DNA of 51,072 bases from Deltaproteobacteria bacterium. GTDB lineage: Bacteria; Desulfobacterota; Syntrophia; Syntrophales; UBA2210. Positions 20,838 through 30,379 of the stretch are shown in pieces (within the stretch, counting starts at the first letter, position 1; the number at the start of each line of letters is the position of its first letter). The notes beneath the pieces are model-generated. The model was not told the origin of the DNA, searched no databases, and saw only the letters and a list, made by a program, of their open reading frames with translations. The position numbers and the translations under genes were made by a program. The stretch spans positions 1-51,072 of the forward strand of contig JAFDBG010000011.1 in the NCBI GenBank assembly GCA_019313385.1. Reading direction: 5' to 3'.

Positions 20838-21363
20838 GGAAATCTCCACTTATGATTTCAAGTCTTCGGAGGCATTATTGCTGGATGCCAATATCTGGTT
20901 GTTTGTCTATGGCCCACAGAAACCGACTGACACGAGGGTAACTACCTACTCTGAAGCCTTAGCAAAGATTCTCGCAGCTAAGAGTTGCATTTACATTGAT
21001 GTGCTGATTGTTTCCGAATTTGTGAACACTTACGCCAGATTGAAGTGGAGGCTTCTACCGGAGTCGTCCCGGCCCATATATTTCAAACAATTTCGCAAGA
21101 GCACGGAGTTTAACCCTGTTGCTCGAGACATTGCCGCTGATGTCAAACGTATGTTGCAACATTGTACACGAGTAGAAAGCGGTTTTGAGTCACTTGCGAT
21201 CGATACCCTGGTTGACGAATATGCGGCGGGTGATTCAGATTTTAACGACCAGATTCTAACCGCTCTGTGTAAAAATAAGGGGTTAACGATGGTAACAGAC
21301 GATGCAGATTTCAAGGGACAGGGCATTCCCATCATCACCGCAAACAAACGATTGCTTTCCTGA
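20821..21363 (+). CDS. PIN domain protein
   Basis: LLDANIW, VSE, DFND and VTDDADF acidic tetrad; GGAGG RBS. Confidence 0.82.
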   Translation: MTHRTEEISTYDFKSSEALLLDANIWLFVYGPQKPTDTRVTTYSEALAKILAAKSCIYIDVLIVSEFVNTYARLKWRLLPESSRPIYFKQFRKSTEFNPVARDIAADVKRMLQHCTRVESGFESLAIDTLVDEYAAGDSDFNDQILTALCKNKGLTMVTDDADFKGQGIPIITANKRLLS

Positions 21364-21369
21364 CATATT

Positions 21370-21400
21370 ATGGCTTTACACAAGGACTTCCCTGATTCGC
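21370..21400 (+). repeat. Diverged copy of the first 31 bp of the res gene
   Basis: 28/31 identical to 21762-21792; all three differences are synonymous (MALHKDFPDS). Confidence 0.9.
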
Positions 21401-21403
21401 AGT

Positions 21404-21472
21404 AAGCTCGCGGTGAAGATGGTGGATATCTTCGGCAACAACACGATGACCATTGTTGAGGTGATGGTATGA
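21404..21472 (+). repeat. Diverged copy of the last 69 bp of the mod gene
   Basis: 61/69 identical to 19546-19614; KLAVKMVDIFGNNTMTIVEVMV* versus [22 protein letters not shown]. Confidence 0.9.
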
Positions 21473-21762
21473 GTAAAACGAAAAAGATCGAAGCCTTGAG
21501 TCGGGAAGTGTCGTTGTATCAGCATCGCGAGGAAGATTTTATTTCTCTGACGGATATTGCCCGATATCGTGATGCGGAGCGTGGTGACTACATCATCCAG
21601 AACTGGATGCGAAACCGGAATACCATCGAATTTCTCGGTATATGGGAGCAGCTGAACAACCCCGGTTTTAATTCCATCGAATTCGATGGAATTAAAAAAC
21701 AGGCGGGATTGAACAGTTTTTCCCTCGATCATGGTATTAATAATCTGGAAGGAGGGGAATAA
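21469..21762 (+). pseudogene. KilA-N domain protein, probably internally deleted
   Basis: DFISLTDIA..NWMRNRNTIEFLGIWE..NP.FN..EFDG motif ending abruptly after GLNSFSL. Confidence 0.7.
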
Positions 21763-24446
21763 TGGCGCTACACAAGGACTTCCCCGATTCGCCGCACGCT
21801 ATTCTCGATCCAGACATCCGCTGGTTCCCTGCCGATGAGGCCTTGCGGGAAACGAGTATGGAAAAACTCATGCCGCCTCTGGTGTCGCAACTACGAAAGA
21901 AAGTTAAGGAGTTCCGTGACGGCGGTTACGTCGGCGCGACCGATACCAGCAAGAGTCTTCTCAACTGGTGGTTCAATACTCCGCACATGCTGGAGCAGGC
22001 AGGCGGGATCATGACCCAGTTTGAGTACTATTTTGCCCAGCGCGAGGCATTGGAAACAATCATTTATATGTATGACGTTGCAGGTGTTCAGGATAAGCAC
22101 GACATGATGCGCTTCGACGCGACCGGCCTTGTATCTGGAAGCATGTTCGACGAGACATGGCGGCGCTTTGTAATCAAGATGGCCACCGGAAGCGGCAAGA
22201 CAAAGGTGCTAAGTCTTGCGCTTGCGTGGAGTTTCTTCCACAAACTCTACGAGCCGGACTCTCAACTGGCACGCAACTTCCTGGTAATCACGCCCAACAT
22301 CATCGTGCTGGATCGTATCTATAAGGATTTTCAAGGACAGCGTATTTTCTTTGAAGACCCGGTGCTTCCAGACAACGGTGTGGATGGTCACAACTGGCGC
22401 GATGATTTTCAACTCACCCTTCACAAGCAAGACGAGGTCACCATCACCAGACCCACCGGTAATATCTTCCTCACCAATATTCACAGGGTTTATTCGGGCG
22501 AGGATATCCCGCCGTCGCCGGACGATGAAAATACCATGGACTATTTTCTGGGCAAACGGCCCACCGGGGCGACCACGGATTCCAAGGTGGATCTGGGTAT
22601 GATTGTCCGGGATATCGACGAGCTTATGATCTTGAATGACGAGGCACACCACATCCACGATCCGCGCATGGCCTGGTTTAAATCCATCGAAGACATTCAC
22701 AACCGGCTACTTCAAAAAGGTGGATCGCTTGCCCTGCAGGTGGATACGACGGCCACACCCAAACACAACAACGGCGCTATCTTCGTGCAGACCATCGCCG
22801 ATTATCCACTGGTGGAAGCGATTTCTCAGAACGTAGTCAAACACCCGGTACTGCCCGACGCGCCCAGTCGTGCCAAGCTCTCCGAGCGGCAAAGTGCGAA
22901 ATACACCGAAAAGTACGCAGATTATATTGATCTGGGCGTGATCGAATGGCGCAAGGCGTATGCCGAGCACGAAAAGGTGGGCAAAAAGGCAATACTTTTT
23001 GTAATGACCGATGACACACGGAACTGTGATGACGTCGCTGAGTATCTGGAGGGTCACTATCCCGACTTAAAGGACGCTGTCCTGGTTATCCATACAAAGA
23101 ACAACGGCGAGGTTTCCGAGGTGCAGTCAGGTAAAGCCAAAGAAGTATTGGAAGGCTTACGCAAGCAGGCCAATGAGATTGACAACGCCGATAATCAGTT
23201 CAAGGCCATAATCTCCGTGATGATGCTCAAAGAGGGGTGGGATGTTAAGAATGTCACCACCATCGTGGGCTTGCGCGCCTATTCTGCCAAGAGCAACATT
23301 CTCCCGGAACAGACGCTGGGTCGTGGACTTCGGAAGATGTATCCGGGGGATGTGCCCGAGCAAGTCAGTGTAGTCGGCACGAATGCCTTTATGGAGTTCG
23401 TAGAATCCATCCAGGCCGAAGGAGTTGTCCTGGAACGTAAGGCGATGGGGGAAGGAACTGCACCCAAAACGCCTCTGGTAGTTGAGATTGACAAAGAAAA
23501 TGACAAAAAAGACATTGATGCGCTGGATATTGAAATCCCTGTTCTTACACCACGTGTCTACCGCGAATATAAAAACCTGGGCGACCTGAACGTGGCCGCG
23601 CTGGACCATCAAAGCGTGGCATATCTGCAATTCAGTGAGGAAGAACAGCGGGAAATCGTATTCAAGGACATCACCAACGGTGAGGTCACCCATACGACGA
23701 TCCTCGACACGGTCGGTGTCGCCGATTATCGCAGCGTGATCGGCTATTTTGCGCAAACCATCATGAAGGATCTGCGGTTGGTCGGCGGCTACGACGTTCT
23801 CTATGGCAAAGTCAAAGCATTTGTACGGGATGAGTTGTTTGACCGCCCGGTAGAGCTTGAAAGTCCTAACACCCTGCGCAACCTTTCCGAATTGCCGGCT
23901 ACCAGGATGGTTATAGAAACTTTTAAGAAGGCAATAAACGCTCTTACCGTGCAAGACAAAGGCAACGCCGAAATCCGCGATACTATCAAGCTCCGCCAGA
24001 CCCGCCCGTTTGTAGCCAAAGATCAGGGTTACCTGATCCCGAAGAAAAGCGTCTTCAACCGAATCATTGGTGACAGCCAACTGGAGCTGCAATTCGCCAA
24101 CTTCCTGGAAGGTTGCGGCGACGTGGTTTCTTTCGCTAAAAATTACATGGCCGTGCATTTCAAGCTGGACTATGTGAACTCCGATGGTGACATCTCCAAC
24201 TATTACCCGGATTTTATGGTCAAGCTGTCGGACAAGCGGATTGTCATTGTCGAAACCAAAGGACGGGAAGATTTGGATGTGCCGCAGAAGATGACTCGGC
24301 TCCGTCAGTGGTGCGAGGACATCAATCGAGCTCAAACGGAAGTGAGGTACGATTTTGTTTACGTGGACGAAGAGAGTTTTAAAAAATATGAACCGAAATC
24401 GTTTGCGGATTTACTGACCGGCTTTCGAGAATATAAAGAACAATAA
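21762..24446 (+). CDS. Type III restriction Res-like subunit (SF2 helicase plus PD-(D/E)xK nuclease)
   Basis: MATGSGKT, DEAHH, TATP, EGWDV, QTLGRGLR and YYPDF..VETKG motifs. Confidence 0.92.
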   Translation: MALHKDFPDSPHAILDPDIRWFPADEALRETSMEKLMPPLVSQLRKKVKEFRDGGYVGATDTSKSLLNWWFNTPHMLEQAGGIMTQFEYYFAQREALETIIYMYDVAGVQDKHDMMRFDATGLVSGSMFDETWRRFVIKMATGSGKTKVLSLALAWSFFHKLYEPDSQLARNFLVITPNIIVLDRIYKDFQGQRIFFEDPVLPDNGVDGHNWRDDFQLTLHKQDEVTITRPTGNIFLTNIHRVYSGEDIPPSPDDENTMDYFLGKRPTGATTDSKVDLGMIVRDIDELMILNDEAHHIHDPRMAWFKSIEDIHNRLLQKGGSLALQVDTTATPKHNNGAIFVQTIADYPLVEAISQNVVKHPVLPDAPSRAKLSERQSAKYTEKYADYIDLGVIEWRKAYAEHEKVGKKAILFVMTDDTRNCDDVAEYLEGHYPDLKDAVLVIHTKNNGEVSEVQSGKAKEVLEGLRKQANEIDNADNQFKAIISVMMLKEGWDVKNVTTIVGLRAYSAKSNILPEQTLGRGLRKMYPGDVPEQVSVVGTNAFMEFVESIQAEGVVLERKAMGEGTAPKTPLVVEIDKENDKKDIDALDIEIPVLTPRVYREYKNLGDLNVAALDHQSVAYLQFSEEEQREIVFKDITNGEVTHTTILDTVGVADYRSVIGYFAQTIMKDLRLVGGYDVLYGKVKAFVRDELFDRPVELESPNTLRNLSELPATRMVIETFKKAINALTVQDKGNAEIRDTIKLRQTRPFVAKDQGYLIPKKSVFNRIIGDSQLELQFANFLEGCGDVVSFAKNYMAVHFKLDYVNSDGDISNYYPDFMVKLSDKRIVIVETKGREDLDVPQKMTRLRQWCEDINRAQTEVRYDFVYVDEESFKKYEPKSFADLLTGFREYKEQ

Positions 24447-24602
24447 GGTGAGCACACCACGTTTCAATCCAATCCCGCACGATCGTAGCGTCCCCGCTCT
24501 GTGGGGGCACAGAGGCTCCGCGCTATGCTTCTTAAAACAAGTTACTTTTCATTATAATGCTGACGTGTTGCCATAGCGGAGCTTTTTACGAAGTTGTCAT
24601 TT

Positions 24603-24646
24603 CCTTACTCCGGCATGGGCCTTACCAAATCGCGGATTTTTCCGGT
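24603..24646 (-). repeat. Displaced copy of the patatin-like gene 3' end (left boundary of the RiPP island)
   Basis: 41/44 identical to 41939-41982; encodes TGKIRDLVRPMPE* versus TGKIRELVRPMPE*. Confidence 0.88.
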
Positions 24647-24807
24647 AAGATATCAACTAATCTTTCCAAATCGGGGGGACTGGTTCATTGAGGGGCGTAG
24701 TGAAGACGATGTTCGAAGGTTCTTGCAATCCGAGGAATTGAAAAAGGCCAGCAAAAAGAGCGTCGTTGTTGAAAAGATTGACACTTACGATACCGCAAAA
24801 TTCTCTA

Positions 24808-25827
24808 TCAGGAAGTAAGGCGCTCCGCACTGTGCAACAATTCGGCGAAGCCCTGTTCTGAAGGAATCCGGGCATAGAGAAAATCGGCGCATCTTCTTTT
24901 ATTTTCAATGCGCTGTTGCAAGGGAAGAACAAGCTCTAGGTACCTCTGGAAAGACTGACCGCAATGGGCCTCGAGAACAGCCTGGGCCGCATACTGCCCT
25001 GAGATTAAGGCTTCATGAATGCCACCTCCCGTCAATGGATCGGTAAAGCCTGCTGCATCTCCTGCCAAAAGAACGCCGTCAGCAGCCGGGGATGTCGCAT
25101 TGTTTCCAATATTTATGGGGGCACCCGAAATTTCAGGCGGTTCTTCCAGATCATATTTCCGAATAAAACAAATCAGGTCCGCCTTTTTGATGTATCGATG
25201 ATCACGACAATAGATCCCGACGTTGATATGGTCCTTTTTGGAACATATCCAGCCGTAGCCGTTTTTTATTGCCGTAAAATCAAAACAGATCTCTTCTTGC
25301 GGAATATGCGGACAATGGGGCACGTCGGCTTCCAGGGCAAAGGCATAGGCAGGTTGTACTTCAGGCCAGAAAATTTTCCTGACGGTACTTATGGCGCCAT
25401 CGCATCCAATAACCACATCTGCCCGTAGTTCTTCGCCCTCTTCTGTGCGTATCAGGACGCCACCGGAAAGGTCAATTCTCGCAATCCCTCCGATTCGCTT
25501 GAAGAGAACACCCTGTTGCAACGTTTGCATTAAGCAGTAGTGGTCAAATTCCTCCCGTGATGCCAGGGAAATATTCTCTGAAATATACTCGCTTCTCTCA
25601 TCATTTAGAATTATACGGCTTCGGCTCACTTTTCGCTGAAGAACCGGTGCGACGGAGTAGCGAAGATTTTTGACAACCGAGGCCGGAATCATTCCCGCAC
25701 AGGACTTTTTCCGCGGGAAGTCTTTCTTGTCGAGCAGAAGGACCTTTTTCCCGGCTGCACCCAGGTCGTAAGCGGCGGCACATCCCGCAGGTCCTGCGCC
25801 GACTATAATTACATCAAAGGCTGCCAT
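24808..25827 (-). CDS. Geranylgeranyl reductase-family FAD-dependent oxidoreductase
   Basis: DVIIVGAGPAG, FPRKKSCAG, GCDGA.S.VR, GYGWI and GDAAGFTDPLTGGGI motifs. Confidence 0.85.
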   Translation of the reverse strand: MAAFDVIIVGAGPAGCAAAYDLGAAGKKVLLLDKKDFPRKKSCAGMIPASVVKNLRYSVAPVLQRKVSRSRIILNDERSEYISENISLASREEFDHYCLMQTLQQGVLFKRIGGIARIDLSGGVLIRTEEGEELRADVVIGCDGAISTVRKIFWPEVQPAYAFALEADVPHCPHIPQEEICFDFTAIKNGYGWICSKKDHINVGIYCRDHRYIKKADLICFIRKYDLEEPPEISGAPINIGNNATSPAADGVLLAGDAAGFTDPLTGGGIHEALISGQYAAQAVLEAHCGQSFQRYLELVLPLQQRIENKRRCADFLYARIPSEQGFAELLHSAERLTS

Positions 25828-26905
25828 TTATATTCTTCCAGTGATGGGTGATTTTCAGATAGGCCTTTGCAGACATTCCTTCGGCGGGATCGAAACTTAT
25901 CTTAAGGTGATTTACGGACCGGATCAAAAAGCTACAGCACTGTTTCCTGTTTTCTTCCCAATAAACCGCAAGGGACCGGGGCCAGCGTTCCTGATTTTCG
26001 ATAATGGAATCGTAGCCGTAAAAATTAAGCAGTTCATCCATCTTGCCATGAGAGCAGAGCCCTTCCATCTCTAATTCTTTAAGAACGTGATGCCAGGCTT
26101 TTTCCCGCCGTGGATTTCTCTGCCTGATCAACAATTCCAGCCCGATCCTCGGCTCGATGCGCTCTGTTACGTCAAGAGAGAGATCGCAAATATCGACAAA
26201 AGGTTCCAATCTCTTGTAAAGGCTGAAGAAATTCTTACAAGATGGGTTGTATCCGATATGACCAAGAAAGCTTCCCATCTTTTGCCAGCCCAAATTATCC
26301 AGACCGGCCAGGCACAATCTCAGGGGTGCCAGGCCTCGCGAGGCCATGATCCCTATCTGTCGCACCGAAGACTTGTCCGGCAATCTCCGGATAATATCGC
26401 CGGCCTTTTTACTATATCGCGCATCTATATATCGTTCCCCCAGATCTCTCTGAATCTGTGTCAAAATCCGAGTAGACTGCGCGGGGGTGCCGGTTTCCGG
26501 TGTGAGAAAGAGGCTGGGAATGGAGGCGGGCTTCTCACCGACATCGTATTCCAGCCATATCATGGCAAGCTGGCTTTTGAGCCGGTTATCACTGCGTCCT
26601 GTCAGTGAAGATATCGATTTCAGGAGCGCACTATGCTCTTCTTCGAAACCTGAGAACTGAAAATCGGAATAATCACGATCGGCTAACAGGCCGAATGAAA
26701 GATCCGCCATTCTTGAGGAATCATCGAGAGAGCACTCGAGTAGAAAGGGAGATAAGGCGATGTTGAACGGAACAGATGAAGCCGTTTTTATGAGGTTGTC
26801 ATAGGATTTATCGTCAACTAATACCTGAGGAATACGATTTTGTACCGCGATCAAAAACTCCGATGCCCTGTCGCTTGATTTTTCGTGGATAACCGACCGA
26901 TACAT
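25814..26905 (-). CDS. Hypothetical protein, putative RiPP tailoring enzyme (possibly aromatic-prenyltransferase-like barrel)
   Basis: Intact 363-aa ORF overlapping the GGR start; WLEYD, QIGIMASR, RIGLE and HLK..AKAYL patterns; fold assignment is inference. Confidence 0.45.
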   Translation of the reverse strand: MYRSVIHEKSSDRASEFLIAVQNRIPQVLVDDKSYDNLIKTASSVPFNIALSPFLLECSLDDSSRMADLSFGLLADRDYSDFQFSGFEEEHSALLKSISSLTGRSDNRLKSQLAMIWLEYDVGEKPASIPSLFLTPETGTPAQSTRILTQIQRDLGERYIDARYSKKAGDIIRRLPDKSSVRQIGIMASRGLAPLRLCLAGLDNLGWQKMGSFLGHIGYNPSCKNFFSLYKRLEPFVDICDLSLDVTERIEPRIGLELLIRQRNPRREKAWHHVLKELEMEGLCSHGKMDELLNFYGYDSIIENQERWPRSLAVYWEENRKQCCSFLIRSVNHLKISFDPAEGMSAKAYLKITHHWKNINGSL

Positions 26906-26962
26906 CTTCGCAAGTCCTTCCTTATGACCAATATCCTGTTTTCCGTGAAATAACGTTTCTGC

Positions 26963-28291
26963 TTATCGGAATTGAACCGGTCCTTCACTGTCCTCGAACA
27001 GTCCCTTGTCCCACCAGAGGTTCAAGAGTCCGTAAATTTTTGTCGCTGAATATTCGCCGGACAGGCTGCTGACAATCCCTTCCGGTGACTGTGAGCCATC
27101 GATCAATCGGAGCAGGGCGATGCCCATCTCCGATTCAATTGTCATTTGTCGATAACGGGTTTTCAATATTGCCCTGTTGTCGAGTTGAAGCTGAATATCC
27201 AAATCTCTCCTGAACTTTAACGCCCGGTCACTCGCAAGGACACTGTTCATGATGGTGTTTTGACAGAATGTCAAAAATGCTTTGAAATCAGGAACGTCTG
27301 CAAAGGTCGATTCGGCCAGTATGCGATATCCCTTTGTCCAGACATCCGGTTCAATGCAGGGTGATACCAGCTTGACGGTACGTGTTGCCAGATTAACCAG
27401 AAAACCGCATACGCAGGCCGTTGTTCCGTCGATGGCATCGTGGAGCGACAGTGCCCTGCCGCTTTTATAGAGATGGCTGAAGGCCTCCGGGTAGTTCAGT
27501 ACCAGATGGACTTTTTTCAGGTCATCCGCGGTAAAGGTTTTCATGCAGAATCTGAAATGTTTGAGCGAATTGATTGAAAACCGTTCGACACCGCCTTCAA
27601 GTGACTCCGATTGCACAAGCAGACGGCGGGTTCTGGGGATATCCCGAAACCAGGCCGCTGTTGTCGTTTGTGGAATTCCCCCCACTTCATCATAATATGC
27701 CTGAAGATATTTTGCATAATCAGGGTTATCCAGGGGTTCGGTAAAGAAATACAGCAGGCCGTAGATAGAGTCTACACCTGAAAATTCAGTCAGCGCACCA
27801 AGGATTCCGCGAAACAGCATTTCGTTCTCTTGCGTGAAAAGGGCAACGCTTCGCAGTTTTTCCGCGGCACCGGCGCAATAGCTGCACCCGACGGAACAGC
27901 CTTCAGACAGTTCGATGGAAAAAGCAAGAAAGGGATTCTTTTCACTCCAGTCCGAAGGCGCCTGTGTTGAAAACCGGGCTTTTTGGCGAGCGCTCCACGT
28001 CTCAAAGATGGGGTTCGATATTTCTATTTGTTTTTGCAGGATCTCAAGTGAAAATTTATTTATGGCTTCGACATATTTGCCATAGGCTTTCAAGGCGGGG
28101 TGCCCTTTTACTAGATCGGCAATCTTGATGCGGTCGTTTTTATCGCGTCGGCAGAGCGCCGCCACTTCTTTCGGGTCCACCTTAAGGGCATAGTTTCTTA
28201 AAGCTTTAGCGGGATTGTCGGCGAAGACTTTGCGAAACGCGTTGTCTCCGTCCCAGCATTCGATGAATCGTTTAACCTGAGCATAGTGCAT
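26963..28291 (-). CDS. Radical SAM RiPP amino-acid epimerase (PoyD/OspD-like)
   Basis: N-terminal VKRFIECW.GD..FR, ELSEGCSVGCSYC, TEPLDNPDY, PQTTTA, GTTACVCGFLVN..VKLVSPC; C-terminal RRE-like winged helix. Confidence 0.82.
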   Translation of the reverse strand: MHYAQVKRFIECWDGDNAFRKVFADNPAKALRNYALKVDPKEVAALCRRDKNDRIKIADLVKGHPALKAYGKYVEAINKFSLEILQKQIEISNPIFETWSARQKARFSTQAPSDWSEKNPFLAFSIELSEGCSVGCSYCAGAAEKLRSVALFTQENEMLFRGILGALTEFSGVDSIYGLLYFFTEPLDNPDYAKYLQAYYDEVGGIPQTTTAAWFRDIPRTRRLLVQSESLEGGVERFSINSLKHFRFCMKTFTADDLKKVHLVLNYPEAFSHLYKSGRALSLHDAIDGTTACVCGFLVNLATRTVKLVSPCIEPDVWTKGYRILAESTFADVPDFKAFLTFCQNTIMNSVLASDRALKFRRDLDIQLQLDNRAILKTRYRQMTIESEMGIALLRLIDGSQSPEGIVSSLSGEYSATKIYGLLNLWWDKGLFEDSEGPVQFR

Positions 28292-28329
28292 AATGAACCC
28301 TTACGCGACAATAGCCTCCGCTGAAATTT

Positions 28330-29823
28330 TTAATCTCCAGCGAAGGAAAAATTCAATCGTTCTTCCGTGAAAAGGCCCCTGTCGTCGTTCTCAAAAAGCC
28401 AGGCAATCACCTTTTTATTAACCCATCGCTTTTGGCTGCACCACTCCTGGTTTGCGTCAAACATGCTCCCGTACTCGACATAGGAAGATAGGGGACAATC
28501 TCCGGCACAGTTATAGCGTATAAAGCAGTCGTCGCAGGCCCGCATGTTTTCTACCGATCTTTGGGCGAGGAATTCGGTTTTATCTTTGTCTATGTTCACT
28601 CGACCCGTCACAGGGTCCACTTTGCCGTAAAGAAACAGCTCTGATCCAGGTTCCGATTCATTCTGTATCTCGGTGCATGCGGTAATATTACCATCTGAGG
28701 TCAGTACAAAATTGATGCCGCAGGCGCCGCAATAAAATCGTTTTGCCGGTCCCAAGGCATACGCGCCTTTTCCCTTAATACGGACACCATGCATAGTTCC
28801 ATGTATGAACGCCTTATAAAACTGTTCACTGTATGCTGACGGATCGGGCGCCTTTGTGGATGAAGAAATCGCCCTTTCCGACATTTTAAGAGGTTCAAAA
28901 TGTATCGTTTGTATTCCTTCCCGTGCTGCCAGCTCAACCGTTTGCAACATTTTCGGCAATGAATAGGCTGTGACGGTCGAACGAATCTCGACTCTTCTCC
29001 CCCCTTTTGCAAGGGCGCGGATATTCTCAATGACGGTTTTGTAGCTTTCGCGGTTGCCGCGAAAGGGCCGCTGCAGGTTTTGCACTTCTTCTGACCCATC
29101 GAGACTGAATCTGCACTCAATGTCATGATCACAGATGAAACGCCTCACCGAATGGTGAAACGTGCCGTTTGTGGTGACTTTAACAAGCGGTTTTATCCAG
29201 TTGAGACGACACTTTTCTTCGAAAATTTCCACGATTTCACAAAACAGATTCTTGTCAAGGGTGGGTTCGCCGCCTCCGTGAAGAAAGAGACAGGCCGTAG
29301 CGCTGGTCGCAAAGATGTCGCTGAAAAATTTTTCAAGTGTCTTCTCGTAGATCGAAAGGTCTAAAGCCTTTTCCTTCAGATGCGCGGGTGCGTTTGAGTG
29401 GCAGTATTGACATTGAAGGTTGCAGGCGCTTTGAGGATAAACGGTAAGTACAGGAATCACAGGGGACTTCATGGCCGTCTCAAAGGGATCTGCCGGCGTT
29501 TCCATATCGGAAATAATCCCCGCATCGCAGAGATGGTGGAGGGCGGGTAAGAATTCTTCCTCTTGAAGATTAAACTGTCTCATGATGTCATGGACAGTTG
29601 CACCGCCATCAAATTTTTCCAAGACCCTTTGCAAAAAAGGACTAATCCTGCAACAGGTTCGAGCAAAAGGAGCGTGAAGGTAATAATTCCCCTCCTCCTC
29701 AAAGAGGAAAACCTCTTTCCCTATTGTGGACGATAACACCGAATTCGAATCAAACCGTTCGGATTCTAGTCTTGTCGGGCGATTACCTTTTAGTTTAATG
29801 ATACTAAGATGCGCTTCTTTCAC
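28330..29823 (-). CDS. Radical SAM/SPASM peptide maturase with N-terminal RRE-like domain
   Basis: CNLQCQYC, HGGGEP, TTNG and FSLDG; SPASM YCGAC..AC..CDDCFIRYNCAGDC..C; directly downstream of the precursors. Confidence 0.88.
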   Translation of the reverse strand: MKEAHLSIIKLKGNRPTRLESERFDSNSVLSSTIGKEVFLFEEEGNYYLHAPFARTCCRISPFLQRVLEKFDGGATVHDIMRQFNLQEEEFLPALHHLCDAGIISDMETPADPFETAMKSPVIPVLTVYPQSACNLQCQYCHSNAPAHLKEKALDLSIYEKTLEKFFSDIFATSATACLFLHGGGEPTLDKNLFCEIVEIFEEKCRLNWIKPLVKVTTNGTFHHSVRRFICDHDIECRFSLDGSEEVQNLQRPFRGNRESYKTVIENIRALAKGGRRVEIRSTVTAYSLPKMLQTVELAAREGIQTIHFEPLKMSERAISSSTKAPDPSAYSEQFYKAFIHGTMHGVRIKGKGAYALGPAKRFYCGACGINFVLTSDGNITACTEIQNESEPGSELFLYGKVDPVTGRVNIDKDKTEFLAQRSVENMRACDDCFIRYNCAGDCPLSSYVEYGSMFDANQEWCSQKRWVNKKVIAWLFENDDRGLFTEERLNFSFAGD

Positions 29824-29937
29824 AGGATATCCTTTGTGGGAAAGCAGTGAGTGAAAAACCTCGTGAGGTAATTCTGAATGTGAATAAAATGATTGAAACG
29901 CAGAAAACCGTTTTTTTTCCTTTCAATGCACCCGAAA

Positions 29938-30027
29938 TAAAAAGAACCGCAACAGAGATCAGCGGTCAAAAAATCCTTAATATTACTGCACCCCGACAAT
30001 CCTTTATCTGAAAATTGCCGGGGTGCA
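29938..30027 (-). terminator. Tandem hairpins / probable terminator after the precursor genes
   Basis: tgcaccccg...cggggtgca (29987-30027), then accgc-11 nt-gcggt flanked by A runs (T-tract on the minus strand). Confidence 0.6.
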
Positions 30028-30066
30028 TGGAAATAGGAAAAAGCTACAAGAAAACGGCAGGTCTTC

Positions 30067-30309
30067 TTAATTTTTTCCGCAGGTGTCAGCGACACACATG
30101 TAGCTGCCGCCGCCGGCTACAGCATCCAGATCCGCGTCTGACAATTCGCCACCACGGCATTCGTTGAGCTCTGCCTGGGTAAAGTCAAATCCAGCTCCCA
30201 GAATAACTTTCTTCTTTTCTTCCACGGACTTTGCTTCATTGATCGATTTTGCAAACGCTTCATCCGCCTTATACTTGGCCAAAAACTTCTGTGCGCTTTC
30301 TACTGGCAT
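30067..30309 (-). CDS. Nif11-like leader RiPP precursor 1 (core GSYMCVADTCGKN)
   Basis: GFDFT..EL and ELSDADLDAVAGG double-glycine leader; AGGAGGAG RBS. Confidence 0.92.
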   Translation of the reverse strand: MPVESAQKFLAKYKADEAFAKSINEAKSVEEKKKVILGAGFDFTQAELNECRGGELSDADLDAVAGGGSYMCVADTCGKN

Positions 30310-30379
30310 TTCTCATCTCCTCCTGTTTTTAAAGGTAAGTTGCACTATCTTCCAGGCAGCGTAAAGGTCATTGGATAAC

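Noticed and set aside
23157-24335. 392-aa minus-strand ORF
   Set aside because: Antisense shadow of res; no recognisable motifs
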